Assembly: GCF_018977255.1 (NCBI RefSeq)
Contig: NW_024704753.1
Location: 186,001-250,000, forward strand
DNA length: 64,000 nt
Direction of reading: 5' to 3'
Source: Callorhinchus milii
Lineage: Eukaryota
Shown here one piece after another: positions 20,301 to 31,000 of this stretch. The first letter of the stretch is position 1. Each line of letters starts with the position of its first letter. Position numbers and translations under genes: made by a program. A model generated the notes under the pieces. It was not told the origin of the DNA. It did not search any database and saw only the letters and a program-made list of their open reading frames with translations.

Positions 20301-23186
20301 AGCTCTTCACAGGATTTACTGTATAGTAGTAAAGTGTAGTGACTATTTATAAGTATACACAGCAGCTAATTTGCAGAAAGAAATGTTCCACAAATATTCA
20401 TGAGGTGAATAACCAATTACAGTAAAACTCACGTAAGTCGTATTAGTCGGGACCATAACATTTAATATGACTTGCGCGAAGACTGAGTTACAGGCAAATT
20501 TATATAAGTCATATAAAATCTGATTTAATCAATAATCTACCCTGCGCATGTGTAATACACTACAGCCAGTAAGTGCTCTTGTGGTGACGGGTGAAGACTA
20601 GGATTCCCGTGATTCAATGCTTCCTGATCCGTTGCCTTATGCGCACCTACCGGCAAGCCATGGAATCGCATTGAATCGTGGGAAATGGAGTGCTTCTGCA
20701 CACGCGACGATGGAGATCAAGACAACCCGGTTCAATGCAGCCGGCTGGTAAGTGCACACGCATTGACGGGTCAGGACGTCGTTTCCCGCCATTCATTGCA
20801 GCCGGTAAGTGCAAGAGTAATGGAGGATAGGGGAGCGGCGTTAGGAGGTGATAAATACGACTAGTACAAATACATTTAAGGGGTCTTGATAGGAAACTGA
20901 ATGGGACTCAGGTAGATGTACGACTTTGACGATTATACAATTTATAAAGAGTTTTACTGTATTTTTAACAAGGGATTGTTCGCCAGGGCCCTGGGATAAA
21001 CTCCATTATCTTTTAAAATTGTCTACGGGATCTTTACTGTCCACCTGAGCAAGCAGACAGGCCCAAACATTTCACCTGAAGGAGGGCGAGAGTGACAATG
21101 CTCCAGCGCTGTGCTGGAGAGTCGGCGTATTATGATGAGATTGAAAAGTTTTCAAATTTATAAATGTGAGTAACTATGTTAGCTTAGGCTGAAAAAATAT
21201 CCAGCCTTTGTCAGACTCCTATTACTGTCAGTGCGAGGAGCATGGGACTACATTAAATGTATACTTACTTTATTCAGCTCTCTGCACAAACATTTCCTTC
21301 TGTTTTTATCTTCTATTTTGGGTGATTTCTTCTCTGGTTGTGAAGCAGCCTTCTGCCAAAATAGGAATTGTACAGATTTCTCTCTAACACAGTTGAGCAA
21401 AGCTGATTGGTATGCAGGAAACAGTAATGTTACACAGGACAACTGGCACCTTAGCACGTTTCTTCTCCAATCTCACTGGATCTTTCTTTGTAGCTTCAAG
21501 TTTCCTTTTCTTCGCGGATTCCTTCTGCCTGGCTTCCTTCTGCTTCAGTTTAAGCTCCTCAAGCTAAAGGATCGACCAAGGAAAGCAGTAAGCTCTATAA
21601 ATAAAATCACCAATTGTAACTTTGTAAAACATAGTTTATTCTAAAGTAAAAATGCTTCAGCCATATGTAGTGGTTTCACCGCACACACTTTACTCACTTG
21701 CTGCTTCCTTTGCTCAGCCTCGCGGAGAATTGCCTCCTTAAATGGGGCTGAGTTGGGGACCCCCGGGTCACGGCGTGACTTTCTCGGCCCGTGTTTCTTT
21801 GCTTCTTTCCGAACTTTCCGCTTATGCTCCCGGACCTGAACAACAGCAACAACAACAAATTACAATTGCATGGCGCCTTTCATGTTGGGAGGACGTGCCA
21901 AGGCTGGGACAGTCAGGAATTTGGAGCCAAGCTGTTGGTTGGGATCGGGAGGGTCGGCATAGGAGGGTGAGCCAAGCCGCTGCAAAAGAGGAGGGTCTTG
22001 AGACAGGCCTTGAAGAGGCAAGAGAGGAAGCAAAGTGAAGGGACTTTAGGATGAAGTTCCAATGGGTGGGGGATTAGAGGCTGAACAGTGAATTACACAG
22101 TTTTTTTACTGTACAGCAGCTGGAGCCACAATTAATTAGGTTATTAAAGAGTTATTTTGTTGCTTTTGTATTTATAGTTGTAAAACCAAACATATTAAAT
22201 TCTCTCTGGTTTTGCCCAGGGTGAGGAAACCAGAGAGAATTAAACTTTTTGGTTTTAGAAAATCAAAAGCAACAAAATAATGTTGAACTTGTATTTAAAA
22301 AAATCTCTAAAGTTATAACAGTTTCCTTAGTCTGGCCTTCAGTTAAATCAACCTTTTATATAAACACTGAATTAAAAATTTAAATCAACTGGCGAAATCA
22401 GCGTTGGATCTTCCTCTTCACTTGGGAGTCAGAGATGTAGAAACTTTTCATCAGTTTTCAGCCAGTTCTGTAAAGCTGTGCATCAGCCTTCCACAGTGAT
22501 AACACTTTCACCTCTGAGCCAGAAGGTAATAATAATAATCCTTGCATTTGAGATGGCGCCTTGTCACATCGAGACATCTCAAAGAGCTTCACAGTATATC
22601 CTTTAAAGTGTAGTGACTGTGTATTTTGTGAGCAAAAATTGTGCATAGCAGTGTTCCACAAACAGTGGATTAAATGATCAAAATTATTATTTTTATTTAT
22701 TTATGAAGTAATGTATTACTCCCGGAAAAGCGATCCGCCAATGGACCAACGCAGGTTCGCACTTACTGCCCAGAACACGTGAAGGAAAGTCCGGGAGCGC
22801 GAGGGGAGAGCGCTGACGCTGAGCTGCAGCGCTGTACAATCGGGTCATTAAAGATTATTTCGTTGCTTCTGTATCGTAAAACCAAAAAAAACATTAAATT
22901 CTCTGTGGTTTTGTCCTGTGAAGCGCTTTGAGAGTCTGGAAGACGCGATGAGGCGCTGTACCGGAGGCCCCGATCACCACTCGAGCTCAGGCTTTGTCAC
23001 GAGCTCAGGCCCGAGGCCGCTCACCTTCCGCTGGATCTTGAAGCGTTTGTGGCAGCTCAGCCGCTTACTGGCCTTCCTCAGCTCTGCGGGGAGAGAAGGG
23101 GGTTAGTGGCGGGGCCGGGCCGGGCCGGGGGGCGGGGCGGGGGCTCTCGGCGGGTCGCGGACGCGGGACTCACTCGGTCGTTTCAT
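14364..23186 (-). CDS. GNL3: Nucleostemin / G protein nucleolar 3 (about 559 aa, 15 coding exons)
   Basis: Exons 23174-23186 (MKRP), 23025-23083, 21698-21835 ([12 protein letters not shown]), 21450-21563, 21269-21352, 20031-20163 ([14 protein letters not shown]), 19712-19815, 18327-18465, 17545-17632 (GFPNVGKS P-loop), 17136-17313 (DSPS), 16382-16524, 16012-16148, 15451-15581, 14904-15003, 14364-14482 (YDFNTDY). Circularly permuted GTPase motif order; 1680 nt in frame. Confidence 0.95.
14740..14845 (-). ncRNA. Candidate divergent box C/D snoRNA in the last GNL3 intron
   Basis: Minus strand TTTCTC-GTGAGGA-AACATTTGAGG-CTGA...ATCAAGGT-CTGA-GGGAGAAA. SNORD19-type box C variant and terminal stem, but no recognisable guide. 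Confidence 0.35.
16973..17043 (-). ncRNA. SNORD19: Box C/D snoRNA, SNORD19 family
   Basis: Minus strand GAGTGAGA-A-ATGAGGA(box C)...CTGA(D')...AAGATCCAACT-CTGA(D)-TCTCACTC. 8-bp terminal stem; guide complementary to 18S rRNA AGTTGGATCTT; intronic in GNL3, the known SNORD19 host. Confidence 0.88.
17429..17496 (-). ncRNA. SNORD19: Box C/D snoRNA, SNORD19 family paralog
   Basis: Minus strand TGAGA-A-GTGAGGA...GTCTGA...TAAAGATCCAACT-CTGA-TCTCA. Same guide; about 115 nt upstream of the 3' splice site of a GNL3 intron. Confidence 0.88.
18820..18900 (-). ncRNA. Box C/D snoRNA, SNORD19-like (copy A of a duplicated cassette)
   Basis: Minus strand AACTGGCTGAAAA-CTGATGA...CTGA...GTGAAGA-GGAAGATCCAACG-CTGA-TTTCGCCAGTT. 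Terminal stem and a 10-nt match (AAGATCCAAC) to the SNORD19 18S target. Confidence 0.8.
18960..19300 (-). mobile_element. tRNA-derived SINE with (ATT)n tail
   Basis: Reverse complement GAGTCCTGTAGCTTATTGGTTAGAGC...GGTTCAATTC; tail ...AAGGCGCCATCTCAAATGCAAGGATTATTATT. Confidence 0.75.
19300..19680 (+). mobile_element. DeuSINE-type SINE
   Basis: Deu-domain-like core TAAAGATCCCATGGTGCTATTT...CCCGGTGTCCTGGCCAA and L2-type tail. Further copies at about 2700-3080, 9780-10070, 11380-11665, 17820-18110, 46950-47210 and 62955-63300. Confidence 0.7.
20420..20959. mobile_element. Non-autonomous Tc1/mariner (Tigger/pogo-like) element inserted into a SINE
   Basis: TIRs CAGTAAAACTC...GAGTTTTACTG with TA duplication on both sides (20418-20419, 20960-20961); interrupts a minus-strand DeuSINE-like element (about 20290-21130). 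Confidence 0.8.
21839..22085 (-). mobile_element. L2 3' fragment abutting the GNL3 exon 3 acceptor
   Basis: (CAA)n-ATTACAATTGCATGGCGCCTTT...GGTCTTGAGACAGGCCTTGAAG. Confidence 0.75.
22387..22467 (-). ncRNA. Box C/D snoRNA, SNORD19-like (copy B, same sequence as copy A)
   Basis: Same sequence as 18820-18900, in GNL3 intron 2. Confidence 0.75.
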
Positions 23187-23600
23187 TCTCGCTGCTCCTT
23201 CACCGCGTGTCCGTCTTCCCGCAGCGCGGACTGAGCCGCGGGTTTGCGACAGTTGGTTTGCAGCAGTGAGAAGAGCTGGGATTTGCGGCAGTGAGGCGGG
23301 CTGGGCATTTGCGACCGTTGGTTTGCGGCAGTGTGGAGGATGGGTTTGCGGCAGTGAGGCGGGCTGGGGGCTGGGGGTAAGGAGCGGCTCCGCTGTTGGC
23401 GTTACGGGCGGTCTGACACCGGCGCGGTGGGGAAGGAGGGCGGTGGGTGGTGGGGGGGCCCCCGGGGAGGGGGCCGCGGTGCTGTCTCGGCTGTGTTCGG
23501 GTTTCGGGCTGTGCTGAGGCCGCTGAGAGGCCGCGGCTTGTCCTGGTTGAGGGCCCCGGTCCCGGAGCCTCTGGCGGGGAAGTGCTGCTGTGAACAGGTC
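22950..23600. promoter_or_regulatory. CpG island / bidirectional promoter, GNL3 / PBRM1
   Basis: High CpG density and GC boxes (GGGGCGGGG) around the GNL3 ATG; PBRM1 is divergent, with its first coding exon preceded by an acceptor (TACAG at 25021-25025), implying an upstream non-coding exon. Confidence 0.65.
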
Positions 23601-25042
23601 ATTCACTCGGTAGTTAATTCCCCTGAAAATGCTTCTGTTCACCTCAGAAACACTGAGCAGATGGACTCATTCTGTCAGTGATGGTCTGATGTTGCTGTCT
23701 CCAGTTCTCCCCTTCCCCCCCAGTGAGTGTGTTCTCTCAGGACCGCAGTTATTGTCTGATTATCAGCTGTACTTTGTGCTGATGGATTCTGGAGCTTTAC
23801 AGCTCAGGTTAAGCTGTTGTAAGATGCAGTATTTTCGCAGCTTCCCACCAAGTTGTCATGACAAACGCTTGTAAATTCATACATTTACGTGTGAGACATG
23901 TCTGAGCTGTGTTCAGTCCCGGTTCTGCTGCCAATCAATCAGTTTCTGGTTACTTAATGATGTACCAATATTCTTCTGCAATAGGAGACTTCAGGTTCAC
24001 GCTAACCACTGACCAGCCCATTCTACAGCAACCAGTCTTTACAGCGAGCAAAGCGCCTTTCATGTCAGAAGGGTTTCCCAAAGCACTTCACAGGATTTAG
24101 TATAAATTGCAGTGACTGTTTTGTGGTCGAATAAAGTAAATTAATTATTGAATTAAGTAAAAATCCAGATCCCCTGACTTTTGATCACAACTGAATTTTT
24201 ATTTATAGATGGTTCTGAGATTGTATAACTAAATATAAGCATTTAGCTTTTGTCATTTGTTGATGCACTTATGATAATAATTATAATAATCTTTGCATTT
24301 GATATTACGCCTTATCACGTCATCGAGACTTCTCAAAACTAATTTTTTTAAAAAAGTGATCTTTGAATTTGACATAATTCAAAAAGTGACATAATATATT
24401 TGTCAAATTGGATCTTACTTTCTTAAAATACTTAAAGTTCTGACAATAATATAATCCTTTTTGGGACGTGTTTGTTCAATTTGTTACAGGTCTAATCAGT
24501 AACTTTTCAGGTATTATTCTGTCAGTCTGCTTGTATGAATGTGTTCATATTTGGTGCCAAGGTTCCACAATAACCTGAGCCCCCACACAGTAACCATCCC
24601 GTAAAAGCTTATCCTGTCTTTTATTTATGAAAAACTAATACAGGAACAGATAAAGGACAGGTCATCGACTCCTGAGGATCCTGCATCCAGACGACTTTGT
24701 GGAAACTCGTGCCATTTCCAGTAGGAATGAAACTGAAGGGGGGAAGGGGTGAGTAAGAGACTGTTGGTGTCAAAAGTCTAAACGTGTTTTGTGTGTCTGC
24801 AGATTTTGTTAATTGTTAAATTTGTAAAAGCGAATTTTTTTACACTTTTCAATCGTTAATAAATTGGATAGAAACATTGACGTTTATTATAAGCTTAATT
24901 GGAAAAGTTGCTTGAGCAACGTTGGAAATGAGTGTTTAACATTAGTAAAGCATCTGCATGTGATGCTGTGAGGTGTTGGGACTGTGAGGTGGGAGAGATC
25001 ATTGCAGTTGATATTTTATTTACAGGTGTTGGTAAAGTTGCC

Positions 25043-28000
25043 ATGGCTTCGAAGCGGAAGAGGGCAACCTCGCCTTCGAGCAGCGCCAGCGGCGAGTGTG
25101 AGGACGGGCACCACGTGTCCGGTAGCACTGGAGGCTCTGGCAGGAAACGCCGCAAAATCTCCAACGTGCCCACTGTCGATTCAGTAAGTTGTTGCCCCCT
25201 GTGGATTGGGTGAGTTGGTGCCCCTATGGATTGGGTGAGTTGGTGCCCCCTGTGCATTGGGTGAGTTGGTGCCCACTGTGCATTGGGTGCGTTGGTGCCT
25301 ACTATGGATTGGGTGAGTTGGTGCCCACTGTGCAATGGGTGAGTTGTTGCTGTAACCAGTCTGAAAGGCTGATCCTTGAGCCCCAATCAGTGATTGGCTG
25401 CTTCTCTCAGGTGTTGGGGGATGGTGGGGGTATGGGCTCTATCTATGGTGCCATTACAACGTGCCCTGCTTATTGTCTACTTGTGTATGATTACAGATTG
25501 CTGTTTGCCATGAACTGTACAACACTATACGAGATTACAAAGATGACCACGGGAGACTGCTGTGTGAGTTGTTTATCCGAGCCCCCAAACGCAGGTATCA
25601 TTTGCTGGGTTTCATACTTCTCTTTTCCTATAAATTACTTTCTTGTCTTTTTACTGTAGAGTTATGTGTGGATCAAAGGACATGCTTGAGACCTCAGTAT
25701 TAAGTGCTCTGAGATGCTATTCTGCTTGGAGGGTTCTATATAACTGCAAGTTGTTGTTGTATTAAATGCTGCATAATCTTAAATCTGCCTGAATTAAACT
25801 GCTATATACAGTGAACTGCTGATAATAAAAAAAGGCTTATATCAACACACAGTTTATATCATCATATCGTCATTTTCCTAGCTGCCTCCCATCACAATGT
25901 GAATAAGCCTCTCACCCTCCTATTTCGTGATTCCGCTTAAAATGTATAAAGTCGCAAACTACTCATTCGGTTACGTAAAAGTACTTAAAATATGACTTGT
26001 TGAGGCACAATATCAAATGCAAAGGATATTATTGTAAGTGTCAGACGCTGAAAGCAGCTCGTGCAGCTCGTGTACTGTCCCGCACCAGGCTTCGGGAACA
26101 CATCACTCCCACCCTCGCTCACCTCCACTGGCTCCCCATCCCCCAGAGGATCGAATTCAAGATCCTCACCCTCACCTACAAGGCCATTCGCGGCCTCGCT
26201 CCCTCCTACCTCTCCGACCTACTATCCCCATACCTACCTGCCCATACCCTCCGTTCCTCCGGCTCCGGTCTGCTCCACATCCCCCGCCCCAACCGCCCTA
26301 CCATCGGTGGCCGGGCCTTCAGCCCCGAGGCTCTGGAACTCTATCCCCCAGTGCCTTCGCCGCCTCCTCCCTTTCCTCCTTCAAGGCCGGTCTCAAGACC
26401 TTTCTCTTTGACCGTGCCTTCAGCTCCCCACTCGACTCTCTACCCCCTCCTCGCTCCCTCCCTTCCCTCCCCTCACCCTGACCATTTCCCCCCAATGCTC
26501 GGGTCCTGACCCAACTGTACAGCGTCTTGGGACGTCCTCCCGACGTGAAAGGCGCTCAATAAATGGAATCTTGTTGTTGTTATTGTTGTTGAAACGGGTT
26601 GTGGCTGCCGTGTGTTTTTCCTGGTACCAAGTCACTACAGTAAAACTCACATAACTTATTCAGTTTTCTATCAAAACCACGTAGATTTCTTTCTTTCTCT
26701 TAGATCGGATTTTTATCTGATTTATACAAGTTTGTCTGTAACAAGGATGTCGCTTTAAGCCATATTAAATGTTATAGTCCCTACTGATAGTGTTTCTGTG
26801 AGTTTTACTGAACTGTACTGACTTGGCACCAGGAAAAACACACAGCAGCCACAACCCCTTTTGAATTATGTTAGGAGTGTGTTGTTATCACAGTGTGTGT
26901 GTGCGCGTGTGTATGTTGTTACCACAGTGACTGATGTGTGTTTTATTACCACAGTGACTGGTATGTGTGTGTTATTACCATAGTGACTGGTGTGTGATTG
27001 CAGTTGGTGTAAATGTACTGAGTCGATTTAGCAGTGGTTAGATAGATAGAGACATCCTTGTTTAAATACTTTTCATGAGCATTGATGTAATGTAGGAACC
27101 AGCCGGATTACTATGATGTGGTTTCCCAGCCCATTGACCTCTTGAAAATCCAGCAGAAACTGAAGATGGAGGAATATGATGATGTTGATCAGTTAACCGC
27201 TGATTTTCAACTGATGATCAGTAACACAAAGGCCTATTACAAGGTAAGAGGATCTGTTTCTATCAGCAATTATTCATGTATCATGTTAACTCCTGAGTTA
27301 CTGCTCTTGCATTGTCGTCCTCAGAGAGACCATGAACATTGATCTAGGGCAATGGTTAGTGAAGCTGAGCTTTACAATGAATCCCAAGATTGAGCTGAAT
27401 ATTTGCTCATTGCATGGTGATGAAATTGGTTTGATCCTAATTGAACTATTGTCTTATTGATAGATTGGCTTCCTCGGGTTGTCAATGGAATGGTGTTTGT
27501 TGAGATGACAGTACGTCTGCAGTTGTTGGACAATTTACAAATTGTATATTGATTCCTCTGATGGCTTCTAGCCACAGACTGTTCTTGCACAGAACAGGTC
27601 ATCTCATCACATCTCTGCTGGTGTTTGTCTTTACATGGAGCCACAACTGATCACTTCTCCTGCTCTTTGCTATGTTCAATATTAGTGTAAATAATTCATG
27701 TGATTGTCTTTCAGGAAGATTCAGTGGAGTATAAAGCTGCCTGTAAACTGTGGGATTTGTACATCAGAACCAAGAACGAGTTTATCCAGAGAGCAGACTA
27801 TGAGGATGATGATGATGACGATGATGATGATGGTCAGGACAACCCTGGCACAGCTGAGGAGGAAGTAATAATTCTTGCATTGACACAGCAATATTAGATT
27901 GTTATTATCATGTCATCAAAATGTCTCCAGACACTTCACAAGATTCACTGTAAAGTGTAGTAACTGTGTAGTTGTAGGTGAAAGCAGCAGGATGTGGCAC

Positions 28001-31000
28001 TTTCTGGTCTGACCTTTTTCTTCCCACTGGAGGACATGCCTTTCCTGCCACACAAACATGCACAGAGTGCCGCTCTCACTGTTCAGACAGGCAGTAATCT
28101 GTGACCTTAGTGTGGCTTATTACAAGCTATCCATTGAGCACCAAAACTAGCGTGCACAGACATAGTAGACAAATCAGATACATTGCCATCAAAGCCCTGC
28201 CCAAGGCAATGACACAGCCCACAAGACTTAACAATTTAAAATCCAACAAACTTGCATTATGCAAGTGCCTTGGGATGTCCTATTGACGTGAAAGGTACTA
28301 TATAAATGTAATTTGTTATTATATAGAGCCCTTTACCGAAGATAGTGTCTCGGAGTGCTAATAGCGTCCAGACACCACAAAATCTTCTGTTCCTCTCCAG
28401 CAGTGACCCGTGTGCTGACCTATATACACCTCAGCTTCCATCTGAAGATGCCAATGTATTCCCTGGCGCCTGCTGTGTGACATGATCGGCCCAGGACTCT
28501 GCAGTGTAGAGAAGACCTGGTATTAAGTTTCCTCTTCACGTTGCAGGTTAGCGCACCCTACAGTAATTTGAAGGAGCAACTGGAGCATCTGTTCGAGGCT
28601 GTGGCCACATACGTGGACCCAGCAGGGAGGCTCGTGAGCGAACTGTTTCACAAGTTACCCTCGAGAGTGGTGAGTGTGATAGAGAGACACGTGCGATAGA
28701 GAGACTGACAGAGAGAGACCCACATGTGAGAGAGAGTGCGAGAAAGACCCACGCACGAGGTGGATAGATAGAGACCTGTGTGTGCAAGGCAGAGACCCCT
28801 GCGCAACATAATAGAGGGGGAGGGAGGAATGGGTGGAGACTCGTGTGGGGTATGAACACTAGCACGGACTGGTTGGGCCGAGCGGCCTGTTTCTGCGCTT
28901 TACATTTCTTTGTGATCTTTAATCTCCCTCTTGCCTGTGGTACGGGAGGGGAGGCTGGGTTTGAATCCTGCACCAGAGATTAACACGTCCTGTGAATTTC
29001 AGCAATATCCTGACTACTTTGAGATTATAAAGGAGCCAGTGGATCTGAAGGCAGTCGCCCAGAGGATTCAGGTTTGAACATTTTACATTTGTTAGTCCCA
29101 CTTCACTGCGTTTGTGTTTCTTTACATTGAAGTTGTTTAGTTTCTCAATATTTAGTGAAATATAATATCTTGAGTTGCTGATGTACTTTGGATGTGGATA
29201 TATATTGAAGGACATTGAATACACACATTGTCTTGTGTATATCTGATCTATATTAACCAAACTCTTGTCTTCCTGTAGAACGGTTTGTATAAGAGTGTCA
29301 ATCTGATGGCGCGAGACATTGAGCTTTTAGTCAGAAATGCCAAAACCTACAATGAACCAGGGTCCCAGGTATTCAAGGTAAGGTTGGGAAATGAAAGCTC
29401 TCAGTTAACTTTATATTGTGAGATTCTGCAGTTAGATTTCTAACTGTAGGGAATTATTTTATTGAATGTTAATTGAGTGCTCAAACTCTCAGTTACTAAA
29501 GTACAAGAAGCCTCGATCTTCAATTAAAAACACTGCCAATCTTTGGACAACTGGTGCTTAATTTTGCTGATGATGCCGTTTCCACCTCTGCAGGACGCAA
29601 ATACTATTAAGAAACTATTTAATCAGAAGCGAGCTGAACTGAACCTAGAACCTACGAAATCCAGTCTACGGATCAGGTACAGTTTATTGATGGAATGGTT
29701 TGTCTCGTGCGTCTGTTCCATGGCTGAAAATGCCAAGCTTGGTTCCAGCAGGTCCCTGTGACAATACAATACAAAGTTACATTTATACAACGCCTTTCAC
29801 ATCGGGAGGACATCCCAAAGCACTGAATAATAACGTTTCACCATTCCATCAGGTCTCTTCTCCCATATGACTAAACCCAACAAGTTTGTGTCATACCAGC
29901 ACATTTTGCTCAATGTAAAACAAATATTCACATAATAAAGCAACTAAAGATCATAACTAGATTGATTATAAAAAAGCTGCTAAAATAAATGCAAAACTCA
30001 CTATTTTTAATCCAAATAAGAATTTTAAAACCCACCGAAACTTGTCCTGTCATTGTGTTTTCTTGATCTCTGTTCTCTCTGAATTTCTTTTTACTGTTTA
30101 TTGCCTCTTGTACTCCACCACCTCTCCCTTTTTTTTGTCTGTCTGTCTCTCTCACACTCTCTGACTCTTCTTTCTCTCTCTCTCACTCTGCGTCTCTAGT
30201 TTTTCATGTAAACCCGCAATACAAACCCAAGTGCTGCTTATTGTCTAAGGCTTTGTTCTGTTTCTCTGTGTAGGAACCGGCGCTCAGCCCAGGGAGACCG
30301 TCTCTCTGCCATCACCATGGCACTTCAGTATGGCTCGGAGAGCGAGGAGGAGGGTGGCTTTGCTGGTGAGGCTTTGGGTGAAAACCTTTCTGCTTGCGAC
30401 GTTTGGCATGGGACTGTCTTTAGCACTCTGGGATGTGAGGGGCACTGTATACATACATGTTGTTGTTTTTGTCTCTAATCCTGGTTCTGTTCCTACAGGG
30501 GTTTCCCGCTATGAGGAAGGCGACTCTGAGGGAGAGAGCATTGGTTCCTCTGTTGATGTTTCCAGCCCGATTTACCAGCTGTTTGACACAGTCAGGAGTT
30601 ACCGCAACAGCCAGGGGCAGCTCCTGGCCCAGCCTTTCTTCCGCTTGCCGTCCAAGAAACATTATCCTGACTACTACCAGCAAATCAAACAGCCCGTCTG
30701 CCTGATGCTCATCAAGTAAGAAATGTTTATCAGAACACAGGCCGGTGACTAGGGTGAGCCTGAGTGCAGGTCGGCTCACTGTGAAGCTGTGCAGCTCTGC
30801 AGGTGGCACTCAATTAGCACATGGTTTAGATACAAACACTGCATTGTTCTCAGAGGATTGGAGGAGGCGGTGTGGATACCAAGGGAGGGGAGGGGGACAC
30901 CAGGATATGGGCCAAAATTGGGGTGTGTGAGGGGGCATGTGTTGGATGGGGATGTGTGCAGTGTGGGTTTGGGGGGGTGAGGTGTGGGATTGGGTTGGGG

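Noticed and set aside
21130-21195. ATGATGA...CTGA on the + strand
   Set aside because: Antisense to host GNL3, no stem, adjacent to SINE sequence.
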